In this document: positions 20,858 to 31,062 of the stretch, in pieces
How positions within the stretch are numbered: position 1 is the first letter of the stretch
Layout: each line of letters begins with the position of its first letter
Source: Nitrospinaceae bacterium
GTDB taxonomy: Bacteria; Nitrospinota; Nitrospinia; Nitrospinales; Nitrospinaceae
DNA length: 64,000 nucleotides
NCBI GenBank assembly: GCA_965223665.1
Contig: OZ245011.1
Span: 4,064,001 to 4,128,000, forward strand
Direction of reading: 5' to 3'
Notes under the pieces: model-generated
What the model was told of the DNA's origin: nothing
The model's database searches: none
What the model saw: only the letters and a program-made list of their open reading frames with translations
Position numbers and translations under genes: made by a program

Positions 20858-21928
20858 CTAACAGTTATTTGATTTTTTTAAGGGTTTAAAAATCCTTTTA
20901 ATTTTTCCTTTTAAACCTTTTGATTCTTCTAAAGCCTTATTTGACTCTTCTAAGGCTTTATTGAGAGAAAAATTGTGATCATCCTTATTTTTTATAGATT
21001 CCAATAAAGACTGGTTATATATTTGCGCATCTTTCAGCGCTTTATCACGAGCATTAATTTCCTTAACGGCATTTTCTTTTACTTTTTTTAGCTCTTGTTC
21101 TAAAGAACGTGAATATTCTTGGCTATGTTTTAAAGATTCAGTTAATGCTTGGTTATGAGAACTTATATCCTTTAGTAAATAGTTTTCCTGGTCAATTAGG
21201 CAGCTGTTCTCAAAATCAAAAATTTCAGAATTAGAACAAATTCCTATCAAAAACTTGGTGATCTTTGAATTAGAGGAAATTAGTGAATTAAAGTTGGGAT
21301 AGTTAAAACGATTGATTTTAGCTGTGCTATAGAATTCTTTAGGATCATTGTTTGAGTTGTTATTAGTGATCTCACTGCAAAAGCGGATATCCTGTCCTAA
21401 TATCTGAACATTCTTGAAGTAGTTTTTTAAAAAGTATTCAAATTCTCGAAAATGGAACTCTTTTTTATGAAATTGATTATCTATATTTTTATAGTTCGGG
21501 GAGTCCAAATTTGGAGTGGATAAAAATAAATATCCTTCTGTTTTGAGAACACGTAATATCTCCTTTAAAAACTTTTTCTGTTCTTCTACATCAAAATGTT
21601 CCAAAGTTTCAAAAGAAACAACAGTATCTAAGCAGTGGTTTTTTAAGGGGATTTTTGTTCCATCGCTTTGTATGAAAGTTATATTTTGTTGAGGATAAGT
21701 TTTCTTAGCTTGCCGGACTGTTTCAAAATCAATGTCAATTCCAATAGTTTTCTGGGAGTATTTTCCTATAAAATGAGTCCCATACCCATTTCCGCAAGCT
21801 AAATCTAGAACAATTTTATCTTTTAAAAGTGGTGCAATTGCAATGTATCGATGCCAATGCTCAATAGCAATTATTGGTGACGAACCATTACTTGGTATGA
21901 ACCTTTCATTTTCTTCCAAATTTTCCAT
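20858..21928 (-). CDS. SAM methyltransferase with C-terminal coiled coil (WbdD-like terminator/ruler architecture)
   Basis: EHWHRY, VLDLACGNGYG, SFETLEH, LSTPN, FH.KE; heptad-rich C-terminus. Confidence 0.8.
   Translation of the reverse strand: MENLEENERFIPSNGSSPIIAIEHWHRYIAIAPLLKDKIVLDLACGNGYGTHFIGKYSQKTIGIDIDFETVRQAKKTYPQQNITFIQSDGTKIPLKNHCLDTVVSFETLEHFDVEEQKKFLKEILRVLKTEGYLFLSTPNLDSPNYKNIDNQFHKKEFHFREFEYFLKNYFKNVQILGQDIRFCSEITNNNSNNDPKEFYSTAKINRFNYPNFNSLISSNSKITKFLIGICSNSEIFDFENSCLIDQENYLLKDISSHNQALTESLKHSQEYSRSLEQELKKVKENAVKEINARDKALKDAQIYNQSLLESIKNKDDHNFSLNKALEESNKALEESKGLKGKIKRIFKPLKKSNNC
20921..20962. repeat. 21-bp tandem duplication (2 copies) encoding NKALEES x2
   Basis: tgattcttctaaagccttatt / tgactcttctaaggctttatt, 3 synonymous mismatches. 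Confidence 0.85.
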
Positions 21929-22016
21929 AATCTAGATAGAGAGTTTTTTGATTTCTAAAGAAATTTATTGGATAGAACAGTTTAGAATAGGATTTAGTAA
22001 GCTAATGAAATATACC

Positions 22017-22841
22017 TTAGAGAACATCTGCAAAACCTTTTCGGGTTTTTTGAAACCAGGCAAACCCAAGCCATGCAATTACCAGACTGATTACGAAATA
22101 AAAAATCAAGTTGAGTAAATCAGGCATTTTCCCCCAGATCAAAACATTCCGTGTATGCTCTACAATAAATGTTAATGGGTTTAACAAAAGAATATTTTGA
22201 ATTTTTTCAGGCACAGCTGACAAAGGATAAAAAATGGGACTCAAAAATAAAAGTGCCATTGTCAAAATTCCTGTAATTTGACCAATATCCCTTATATATA
22301 CTCCAAATGATGATAGAAACCATGAACATCCCAGGGTCACTAAAATCAAGGGTAAAAGAACCACTGGCAAAAGTATTACCGTGGCAGGTAGATATGAGTT
22401 TAAAATAAAAAAGAATACGAGTAAAACTGAAACACTGATAAATGAGTGGAACAATGTTGCACCCATAGCCACCCAGGGAAGTACTTCTAATGGGAAAATA
22501 ACTTTTTTTACATAATTTACATTGTTTAAAATTAGAAAAGGAGCCCTGTTAACACATTCAGAAAATATGGAGTGGACTATAAGCCCAGCAAATAAAATAA
22601 TTGCAAAGTCTACTTTCCCATCTGTTTCGATTCCCCATCTTGATTTAAACACTATTTTGAAAACAAAAGTGTAAACAATTAGCATTAGTAAAGGATTAAA
22701 GAAAGACCATAATAGCCCCATCCAGGAACCCTTGTATCTGCCAATGACTTCTCGTTTCGCCAATTGAAAAATCAAGCTTCGATGTTTCCAAAAACTTAGG
22801 AAAATAGATTTGAAACTAATAGGATAGGTTAAGCGGGTCAT
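22017..22841 (-). CDS. wzm: polysaccharide ABC transporter permease
   Basis: RY.GS.MGLLWSF.NPL, VKKVIFP, RDI.Q, SPIFYP, NPL, FQKTRKGFADVL. Confidence 0.93.
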   Translation of the reverse strand: MTRLTYPISFKSIFLSFWKHRSLIFQLAKREVIGRYKGSWMGLLWSFFNPLLMLIVYTFVFKIVFKSRWGIETDGKVDFAIILFAGLIVHSIFSECVNRAPFLILNNVNYVKKVIFPLEVLPWVAMGATLFHSFISVSVLLVFFFILNSYLPATVILLPVVLLPLILVTLGCSWFLSSFGVYIRDIGQITGILTMALLFLSPIFYPLSAVPEKIQNILLLNPLTFIVEHTRNVLIWGKMPDLLNLIFYFVISLVIAWLGFAWFQKTRKGFADVL

Positions 22842-22950
22842 GCGTTGATTTGGCGTGGCTTAGGTTATAACAAAAGCTGTCTAATTTGATTGTAAAGGTA
22901 AATTGCAAAAAATGAAAACATCTTTTTTGCAATCCATGAATTTCCCAAAG

Positions 22951-24468
22951 CTAGGAAAAATACTTTTCAATTTGGTCGGTAATGTAGATTTGCTGTTCTT
23001 CAGTTACTTCATTAGAAATAGGTAGTGCTAGAGTTTCTAAAGCAGCTTTTTCTGCGTTTGGGAAGTCTCCTTGGCTATAATTTAGACTTTCGAAACATTT
23101 TTGCAAATGCAATGGAATAGGATAGTAAATTTCTGAAGCAATTTGGAAATCGGCAAGAAATTTCCTTAATTCATCACGTTTTCCGCCGGTAACGCGGATG
23201 ATGAATTGATTGTAAATATGCTTGGGGTCCTTTTCCTGTGGCAGGCCGATTTTTGATTCTAATCTCTTTTCCCTGAAAAGATGATTGTACCTGGATGCGT
23301 TGTTTCGACGTTTTTCTGTCCAGCCATCTAGAAATTTTAATTTAGCTTTTACAATGCCTGCCTGTAAGGCATCAATGCGAAAATTTCCCCCTATCCATTG
23401 GTGATAATACTTTGGTTCCATTCCATGGATTCGTAAAATTTTTAATTTGTTATAAAACTCTTCAGAATTTGTGGTTACTATTCCGGCATCGCCAAATCCA
23501 CCCAGGTTTTTTGTAGGGAAAAAAGAAAAACAACCAAAATCTCCTAAAGAGCCAGCCCGCCGGCCCTTGTATTCAGAACCAATTGCTTGAGCCGCATCCT
23601 CAATCACCAATAGGTTATTTTTTTTTGCCAATTCATTAATGGGATCCATTTCAGCGCATTGCCCATACAAATGAACGGGCATAATAGCTTTAGTTTTTGA
23701 AGTGATTTTTGATTCAATTTGAGAAGCATCTAGATTGTAGGTAGATTCATCAATATCTACAAATATGGGTTTCGCGCCAGTCCGTACAATTGAACCGGCA
23801 GTGGCGAAGAAAGTATATGGAGTGGTAATCACTTCGTCTCCGGGACCAATCTCAGCTGCCATTAAAGAAAGTAGCAATGCATCTGTCCCGGAAGACACAC
23901 CTACCGCATATTTGCTTTGGCAGTAGGAGGCAATTTCTTCTTCTAATTCGATAACCTTTTTGCCAAGAATAAAATAGCCTGACCTTACAACATCTGCGAT
24001 TTCTTGTTCTACATCCTCCAGGATTTGCGGATATGTAGCAGGAATATTTAATATAGAAACTTTGTCAACATCAATGGGTTCATTCAAAAGTTGAATTAAG
24101 GAATTTGGAGTATAAGTCTTTATGTTTAATTCCGAGAAAGGGGTGTTGTCTAATGTAATAATCCCGTCAAGAGCGTGGTTGTTAAAAATCGCTATGGTTA
24201 GTTCATCTAAGACTGTTTTATTCTTAAGTGTTAGGACAGTTTTTAATTCACGACTGGTTAAATTTAAAACAGATATTTTGGAAAAAAAATCATTGAGTAT
24301 TTTCGTTTCTATAGACCCTTCACTTTCTTTAAATTTTTTTTGAATTTCCAATAGAAAGGGAGATGGGACCCAGCAAGCAGAGCCTTTTTCATGTATTTTT
24401 TCTAGAAGTTGATGGTCTTTTTTATAAAGAATGTCTAAGCAGACATCCATGTGTAATAGAAATTGCAT
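22951..24468 (-). CDS. DegT/DnrJ/EryC1/StrS aminotransferase with N-terminal PIN-like extension
   Basis: SSGTDAL, PVHLYGQ, EDAAQAIG, SFFPTKNLGGFGDAG, YYPIPLH; about 130 extra N-terminal residues. Confidence 0.9.
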   Translation of the reverse strand: MQFLLHMDVCLDILYKKDHQLLEKIHEKGSACWVPSPFLLEIQKKFKESEGSIETKILNDFFSKISVLNLTSRELKTVLTLKNKTVLDELTIAIFNNHALDGIITLDNTPFSELNIKTYTPNSLIQLLNEPIDVDKVSILNIPATYPQILEDVEQEIADVVRSGYFILGKKVIELEEEIASYCQSKYAVGVSSGTDALLLSLMAAEIGPGDEVITTPYTFFATAGSIVRTGAKPIFVDIDESTYNLDASQIESKITSKTKAIMPVHLYGQCAEMDPINELAKKNNLLVIEDAAQAIGSEYKGRRAGSLGDFGCFSFFPTKNLGGFGDAGIVTTNSEEFYNKLKILRIHGMEPKYYHQWIGGNFRIDALQAGIVKAKLKFLDGWTEKRRNNASRYNHLFREKRLESKIGLPQEKDPKHIYNQFIIRVTGGKRDELRKFLADFQIASEIYYPIPLHLQKCFESLNYSQGDFPNAEKAALETLALPISNEVTEEQQIYITDQIEKYFS

Positions 24469-24528
24469 TTATTAATCGACTTTATGGATGAAATAATTTT
24501 GTGAGGCTATTTGGCGAAAAATATTAAC

Positions 24529-25833
24529 TTAAGCTTTTATAATTTTTGAGGATTTGATATTAGAACAAGCATTTCGAGTATCTACAACAATATTGGATTG
24601 CTCCACAATCAGTTCCCAATCATAAACTGAATGGTCCGTCAAAATTACGGTTATATCATAATCTTTTAACCGTTCTAATGACACACTTTTTTTTCCAAAA
24701 TATTGAGGATATTCTCTTTTAGTTCCGATGGTTTCGATATAGGGGTCATTGAAGTCAATCTGAGCTCCATATTGAGACAAAAGTTCCATTACTTTATAGG
24801 TGGGGGATTCGCGGTCATCGTCAATATTTTTTTTGTATGATAACCCCAAAAGCATAACTTTGCTTTGACTTAAGCTTTTCCCATTTTGGTTTAAGGCCCA
24901 AAGCATCTTTTTCACAACATATTCTGGCATTCCAACATTAATTTCCCCGGCCAATTCAATAAACCGGGTATTAATGCCATATTCTCTTGCCTTCCACGTT
25001 AAATAAAAGGGATCTATAGGAATACAATGGCCGCCCAGACCGGGTCCGGGGAAAAAGGGCATATACCCAAAAGGTTTAGTGCTGGCTGCTTGAATAACTT
25101 CCCATATGTCTATATTCATTCGGTCAAAAATAACCTTAAGCTCATTTACCAAAGCAATATTGACCGCGCGAAATACATTTTCCATTAATTTGGTTGCTTC
25201 TGCAGTTTGAGTGTCGGATACAGGAACAATCTTCTCAATAAATGATAAATAAAGGGTATTTGCGCATTCTAATGCATATTCAGAATCTGCCCCTACAATT
25301 TTGGGTGTAGTGGAAACATCAAAATTTTTATTATTTGGGTCTTCACGTTCTGGGGAATAAACCACAAAAAAATCTTTATTGGCCACCAGGGAATTTTTAG
25401 ATTCTAAGGCAGGTATAAGTTTTTCTTTTGTTGTTCCTGGATAAGTAGTGGACTCTAAAATCACCATTTGTTCTGGAGCCAAAAAGGGTGAGATTTGATG
25501 AGCTGTATTTAGGACAAAACTAAGATCAGGTTCTCGGTTACGATTTAGAGGAGTGGGGACACAAATTAGTACACAATCTAATTGGGAAACAAGAGAAAAA
25601 TCGGAAGTAACTTGAAGTGTCTCTTTGTGAGTCCATTTTTTTAAATCTTCGTGGGCAATATGGCGGATATAACTTTTTCCCTCTGAAATTTTGGAGATTT
25701 TTTGAGGATCAATGTCAATTCCCAAAACCTGAAATCCTGCACGACAAAAATGAACCACAAGAGGCAAACCGACGTAACCTAATCCAATAACACCTATTTT
25801 GGCAGATTTTTCTTTTAATTTATTTAATAGCAT
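24529..25833 (-). CDS. nucleotide-sugar dehydrogenase (WbpA/WecC-like)
   Basis: GLGYVGLP, ICVPTP, ESTTYPGTT, SPEREDP, KLMEN.FRAVNIA, GPGLGGHCIPIDP. Confidence 0.93.
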   Translation of the reverse strand: MLLNKLKEKSAKIGVIGLGYVGLPLVVHFCRAGFQVLGIDIDPQKISKISEGKSYIRHIAHEDLKKWTHKETLQVTSDFSLVSQLDCVLICVPTPLNRNREPDLSFVLNTAHQISPFLAPEQMVILESTTYPGTTKEKLIPALESKNSLVANKDFFVVYSPEREDPNNKNFDVSTTPKIVGADSEYALECANTLYLSFIEKIVPVSDTQTAEATKLMENVFRAVNIALVNELKVIFDRMNIDIWEVIQAASTKPFGYMPFFPGPGLGGHCIPIDPFYLTWKAREYGINTRFIELAGEINVGMPEYVVKKMLWALNQNGKSLSQSKVMLLGLSYKKNIDDDRESPTYKVMELLSQYGAQIDFNDPYIETIGTKREYPQYFGKKSVSLERLKDYDITVILTDHSVYDWELIVEQSNIVVDTRNACSNIKSSKIIKA

Positions 25834-26065
25834 GGATTCTCAAATGATTGAACGGAATGGTACGTATTCATTTAAACGGCAAAAGTTTGGAAAAGGTTTA
25901 CGTGAATTTTAATTTTGGGGTGGAAAGAGGAGGAAAAATTGTTTCTTAAGGGATTTAAAAGGAAATTCAGTTAATTACATTTTTTGTGGATGCCGATAAT
26001 CACCATAGGGTTTAAAAGTCTTTTAGATTTTATATCTCAATTCAATCAAAAATTCCTTGAGTTAA

Positions 26066-27049
26066 ATGGAACAGTTAGGAAAAATCGCAGTAATCATTGT
26101 GAATTATAATTCGGGAGATTATTTGAGTCAGTGTTTAACGGCCTTATATAATCAAACCCGTCTCCCGGACAGAGTTTTGGTCGTGGATAACGCCAGTGAG
26201 GATGGGTCTCAATCTAAAATTTTAGATTCATTTCCTAAGGTAGAATTAATTAAATTAGAAAAAAACTTAGGATTTGCAGCAGCCAATAACTTAGCGATTA
26301 AAAAAGCAGAGGATTGTCCCTGGGTGGCTTTATTAAATCCCGATGCTTTTCCCCATTCGGATTGGCTGGAACAATTAGAAAAATCTGCTTGGAACCACCC
26401 CAATTTTTCATTTTTTGGAAGCCATATGCTCGCTCATTCAGGAAATGATCGTATAGATGGAACAGGCGATATATATCATATAAGCGGATTAGCGTGGCGC
26501 CGCGATCATGGTATGTCTGCTAAAAAAATACGGCGTATTTCCGGGGAAGTATTTTCTCCGTGTGCTGCAGCTGCATTGTACAATAGAGAAGTTTTTCTTT
26601 CCGTTGGTGGGTTTGACGAAAGTTTTTTTACATATTTTGAAGATGTAGACTTGGGTTTCCGTTTACGATTAATGGGTGAGCGATGTCTTTATGTTCCAGA
26701 AGCCAGAGTAGAACATGTAGGTTGGGGAACTACAAAACCCAAGAGTACTTTTTCCCTTTATTATGGCCACCGTAATTTGGAATGGGCTTTTTTTAAAAAT
26801 ATGCCATCCCCTCTTATTCGAAAATACTTACTCCATCATTTAATTTATATGTTTTTATATTTTGTCTGGTTCGGACTGAGGGGGCAGGGATTTACTTACT
26901 TACGCGCTAAATGGAACGCCCTATTGGGTTTGCCGACGATATGGAAACAGCGGAAAGAAATTCAAAAATCTAAAAAGGTCTCTCCTAAGATGTTAGATCA
27001 AGCTTTCGAACATCGTTGGCTCCCTATATTTAAAAAAAAGATTTCCTAA
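26066..27049 (+). CDS. glycosyltransferase family 2
   Basis: IVNYN, VDNASEDG, NLGFAAANN, LLNPD, GGFDE.FF.YFEDVD. Confidence 0.92.
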   Translation: MEQLGKIAVIIVNYNSGDYLSQCLTALYNQTRLPDRVLVVDNASEDGSQSKILDSFPKVELIKLEKNLGFAAANNLAIKKAEDCPWVALLNPDAFPHSDWLEQLEKSAWNHPNFSFFGSHMLAHSGNDRIDGTGDIYHISGLAWRRDHGMSAKKIRRISGEVFSPCAAAALYNREVFLSVGGFDESFFTYFEDVDLGFRLRLMGERCLYVPEARVEHVGWGTTKPKSTFSLYYGHRNLEWAFFKNMPSPLIRKYLLHHLIYMFLYFVWFGLRGQGFTYLRAKWNALLGLPTIWKQRKEIQKSKKVSPKMLDQAFEHRWLPIFKKKIS

Positions 27050-29109
27050 GATCTTTGTTCAATTTCTCCAATCAATTTGTTTATCTTTTCCCAATGTTCC
27101 TGGCTCGGAGAAAGCTTTAAAGCTTTCTTTAAGTAATCTACCGACCTCGACCTGTCTCTACGGAAAAACCAAATTAATTGGCCCAACTCATATAGAGTAT
27201 CAAAATCGTTCGGGTTTTTAATGTTTGCAAGCTTATATTCTGATAGGGCTTGCTTCCATTTTTTCTGACCTTTGAAAACTTGGCCCAGTGCTTGGTGAGA
27301 CTCTGCTTCAATGTTGGGTGAACCGGAGACCAAGCGATATTCATTAATGCTGTCATTAAGGTTTCCCATTTTGGAATATATGTGGCCTAAAAGTAAATGG
27401 GCATCTGGAGAGTTTGGGACGATTTTTTCATAATTTTTTATTCGATTGAGTGCTGAGGGAAAATCATTTAATTGATAATAAACATTTCCTAAGTAGAGAT
27501 CCAAAGTTGGCGGTAAAATTTGAGCCTCTTTGTAATTTTTTTGAGCAATTTCAGCTTTTTCTAATAAATTTTTGGCTAAAGAATTTTGGCCTCGGGAAGC
27601 ATACAATACACCCAGGTTAAAATGGCCCGTTGGTAACTTAGGATAATATCGCAATGCATCCTTGAACTCTTTTTCTGCTAAATCCATTTTCCCGTATCGA
27701 ACATATAGATTTCCTAAATTTGTGTGAGCGTAAGATAAATAATATGGAGTTGCATTGGTAGCAGCCAATTTTTTCAGCATAACAAAAGCTTGATCATAAT
27801 TTCCTTTCTCAGTATAGAAATGGCTAAGGTTGTGATAGATCCTTGCTTTTTGAGGAGATTTTTTATGAGCGTCTTCCCATAATGATAAGTTTGACTGATA
27901 GTCAAGGTTTCTATGATAAGTTAAAAATGTAAAACTCAATACAATAGTAATAAGGGCCGAAAGAGTGAATTTTTTTTCAATAGGACCTTGTTTCCGGTTA
28001 AATATTAATGATCGATAGGAAATAATCGTCAATATAAATATGAGACCAATGGAAGGAAGATAGAGGTTTCGTTCACTTAATAGATCCATCCTGGGTAAAA
28101 TGCCATTAGTAGGAAAAATTGTAATTAAGAACCACAATAATCCGAATGCTGCCCAGGGAAACCTCTTGTAAATAGAGTAAATGAACAAAATCAATCCGGA
28201 ACCCAGGAATAAATAAGAAACAATCCTCCATGTATCTCTAGTGTAATTTGCATTTGGAAAATCATAATCGAACACCAAATTAAAGGGAAGCAATATCAAT
28301 TTAATGGCATATGAAATTACACTTACCTGTTGAAAAGCGTATCCTAGGCTAATTTTATTTTTCCATTCGTCTGCTATCTGGATTAACTCGGGTGACCCAT
28401 TAAAAACAAATAACGCAGCAAGAGGGATGGGTAAATAAAACCATGCACGAATTCGAAATGAAATCCAATTTCCATTTCTCATGAAACAAAGGTCATATAA
28501 AGGGAAAATTAGTATTAATACCCCTGTGGTTTCTTTGGTGAAAAGAGCGACTCCCGCCATCAAATAGCAAACAAACCAAAAAATTAATTTGCGATTTCCT
28601 GAAGAATTTTCTCGAAGATTTCCCAGGATGAAAAAAAGTAAAGAAGCTAAGAAAAATAATGCGGATAAGCTACTGCTTCTTCCGGATATGTAAGTTATAG
28701 CCTCAGTATGAACAGGATTTAGTGCAAAAATTATTGTTGTAATTGAAGCTATGGAAAATGCGGAGCGAGTACCCCAGGTAGTACCACGTTTTATGGTTAG
28801 AAAAATAATTCCCCACAAAATTAGAGAACTTAAACAATGGGAAGTAATATTGACGATGTGATATCCCAAAGGGTTGAGATTTCCAACGGCATAGTTGAGT
28901 GCGAAGGAAAGATAAAAGAAATGCCGATAGTGTAGAGGATAAAGGTTTTTGTAGACTTCGAGGTTTTTTATTCCATCGTTATTTTTGATTACAACTTCAT
29001 CATCAAAATTAAAGGGGACTTTTAAGGAATTTGCATAAGCCACCCAAATTAGAAAGACAATTAGCAGGCTTAGCTTGAAATAATTACTTTTCCAAGATTC
29101 GTTTGTCAT
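27046..29109 (-). CDS. TMTC-like GT-C membrane glycosyltransferase with C-terminal TPR repeats
   Basis: F.FDD acidic loop after TM1, HTEAITYISGRS, KE, SERNLYLPSIG, then TPR repeats; start placed at ATG 29109 (track 29157). Confidence 0.8.
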   Translation of the reverse strand: MTNESWKSNYFKLSLLIVFLIWVAYANSLKVPFNFDDEVVIKNNDGIKNLEVYKNLYPLHYRHFFYLSFALNYAVGNLNPLGYHIVNITSHCLSSLILWGIIFLTIKRGTTWGTRSAFSIASITTIIFALNPVHTEAITYISGRSSSLSALFFLASLLFFILGNLRENSSGNRKLIFWFVCYLMAGVALFTKETTGVLILIFPLYDLCFMRNGNWISFRIRAWFYLPIPLAALFVFNGSPELIQIADEWKNKISLGYAFQQVSVISYAIKLILLPFNLVFDYDFPNANYTRDTWRIVSYLFLGSGLILFIYSIYKRFPWAAFGLLWFLITIFPTNGILPRMDLLSERNLYLPSIGLIFILTIISYRSLIFNRKQGPIEKKFTLSALITIVLSFTFLTYHRNLDYQSNLSLWEDAHKKSPQKARIYHNLSHFYTEKGNYDQAFVMLKKLAATNATPYYLSYAHTNLGNLYVRYGKMDLAEKEFKDALRYYPKLPTGHFNLGVLYASRGQNSLAKNLLEKAEIAQKNYKEAQILPPTLDLYLGNVYYQLNDFPSALNRIKNYEKIVPNSPDAHLLLGHIYSKMGNLNDSINEYRLVSGSPNIEAESHQALGQVFKGQKKWKQALSEYKLANIKNPNDFDTLYELGQLIWFFRRDRSRSVDYLKKALKLSPSQEHWEKINKLIGEIEQRS

Positions 29110-30208
29110 GGTGGAAGAATTCCAATTGGATGCCTTTTGGATTTGGCCTTTTTTCAAACCGTTTTAAAATCGCAATCAAAATAAATAAATTGGTTAATAC
29201 AAAAATAAAAAAGATTGGGATCAAACGCGGAATTACATTTATATGGAAGGTTGGAATTAATGAAAGGAGATCAAAATAAAAAGCAATGGTAAGCAAAACT
29301 ATTATAGAACGTGTGGGTGTCAATCCCAGCTTACCCAGGCGATGGTGAAAATGATGAGCGTCTTTAGAAAAGGGACTAATTCCCTTAAATATTCTCCTGA
29401 AAAAAGCAAAGGTGGTATCTGTAATTGGAAGAATGAGTGTTGTAATAGGAATTAGATAATATATTTCATCCGTGTATCCCTGGCTGAGAGGGAGCAATGT
29501 TACCAATGAAATTAATAACCCTAAAGGAAGGCTGCCAGTATCACCTAAAATTATTTTTGCAGGGGGAAAGTTGAACATGAGGAACCCAAAAATACTTCCT
29601 GCCAAAATCACCGCTAAAAATGGGGCTTCAAAAATGTTTCGTTCTAAATAAACGAATACCAGTGTTAGGCATGAAAGATATACTAAGCCCCCGGCGAGTC
29701 CATCTTCTCCATCAATTAAATTTAAAGAATTTGTAATTCCAACAATCCATAAAACCGTAATAACAAAAGCAAGGTTTCCTAATTCTAACCAATCCCCAAT
29801 ACGTTCAATTTTGAATCCCATCCAATAAAGGAAAATTGCTATGGTAATTTGGACTAATAGTTTTACTCGGGGTTTTGTGTTTACCAAATCATCTACAAAT
29901 CCTAAAAGAAACATTAAACCAATTCCAATGGAAATTACTTGCAGTAGGTAAAGATTGCAGGAATCTAGGGCTCCAAGAAGATAGGCACCCCAAAGTGTTA
30001 AAAGGAATGACAAAACAACTGCAATTCCACCCAGTGGATTAACAGAATTATTTTGAGACTTTAAAAATGTTCGTTGAATAAATTGTGAAATGGAATGAGA
30101 ACTTCTTAAGTATTTAATTAAAAAATTTGTTAAAACCAAAGATAAAACTAGGGATACTGCATAACTAATTAAATATGCATTTCCATTAATGGGGTGGGTT
30201 TCAAACAT
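29084..30208 (-). CDS. WecA/MraY-family polyprenyl-phosphate sugar-1-phosphate transferase
   Basis: P.GGIA, GFVDD, NSLNLIDGEDGL, FNFPPAKIILGDTGS, D.HHFHH. Confidence 0.9.
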   Translation of the reverse strand: MFETHPINGNAYLISYAVSLVLSLVLTNFLIKYLRSSHSISQFIQRTFLKSQNNSVNPLGGIAVVLSFLLTLWGAYLLGALDSCNLYLLQVISIGIGLMFLLGFVDDLVNTKPRVKLLVQITIAIFLYWMGFKIERIGDWLELGNLAFVITVLWIVGITNSLNLIDGEDGLAGGLVYLSCLTLVFVYLERNIFEAPFLAVILAGSIFGFLMFNFPPAKIILGDTGSLPLGLLISLVTLLPLSQGYTDEIYYLIPITTLILPITDTTFAFFRRIFKGISPFSKDAHHFHHRLGKLGLTPTRSIIVLLTIAFYFDLLSLIPTFHINVIPRLIPIFFIFVLTNLFILIAILKRFEKRPNPKGIQLEFFHHDKRILEK

Positions 30209-30210
30209 TT

Positions 30211-31062
30211 TTACTTAAAAACATTTAAGAGAAGTTGACTGGCGCACCTTAGACTTATAAAAAAATCTAATGATAAACGCGTTACAATTGAATTTCCCAT
30301 GTGTTTTTTTTGGTAATAACTCATTCCAAGATGTCTTTTAATAATCAATCCTGGCGACATTTTTTGTCCACTTGATGAAATGTGGTGATAGATAAAAGTT
30401 TTTGGATAGTAAACCACTCTAAATCCCGCCTCAGTGACCCGTTTGCAGATATCAACATCCTCATTAAAGAGAAAAAACTTCTCATCAAAACCGGTTACTT
30501 TTTGAAAAATTTCTTTGGGCATTAACATACAACATCCCGAAACCCAATCTACTTGCTTTACCGAAGTGTGGTCGAAATCTTTCATAAGATATTTGCGGGT
30601 TAACGGGTTATTAGGAAAAATATTACTCAAAAGGGAATAACGATTAAATAAACCCGTCCAAATGGATGGATAACGACGGCAAGAATATTGTAAAGTTCCA
30701 TCAGAATTTAGAACTTTAGGAGCTAAAATACCAATTTGTGTATGTTTTTTTATGAAATCAAGTAAACCAGAAATGGAGTCTTTTTCTAAAACCGAGTCAG
30801 GATTCAAAAACAAAAAATAATCGCCTTGGGCCATTTTGGCGGCTTGATTGTTCGCCCTGGAAAACCCTGCATTTTGAGGATTTCCAATTAGGTAAACCTG
30901 AGAAAACCGGTTTAGGACCTGGGGAAGACCTTTATCCTCAGGGCTATTATTTACCACAAATACTTCAGCCGAGTAGTCCCCAACCGCCTTCTCCAGGGAA
31001 TTCAGGCATTGGACAAGTTCGCTACTTTGATGATAATTGACTATGATAATTGAAAGGTCCAT
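30211..31062 (-). CDS. glycosyltransferase family 2 (WbbL-like)
   Basis: MDLSIIIVNY, N.GFSRANN, FLNPD, DWVSGCC, GFDE.FFLFNEDVD. Confidence 0.9.
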   Translation of the reverse strand: MDLSIIIVNYHQSSELVQCLNSLEKAVGDYSAEVFVVNNSPEDKGLPQVLNRFSQVYLIGNPQNAGFSRANNQAAKMAQGDYFLFLNPDSVLEKDSISGLLDFIKKHTQIGILAPKVLNSDGTLQYSCRRYPSIWTGLFNRYSLLSNIFPNNPLTRKYLMKDFDHTSVKQVDWVSGCCMLMPKEIFQKVTGFDEKFFLFNEDVDICKRVTEAGFRVVYYPKTFIYHHISSSGQKMSPGLIIKRHLGMSYYQKKHMGNSIVTRLSLDFFISLRCASQLLLNVFK

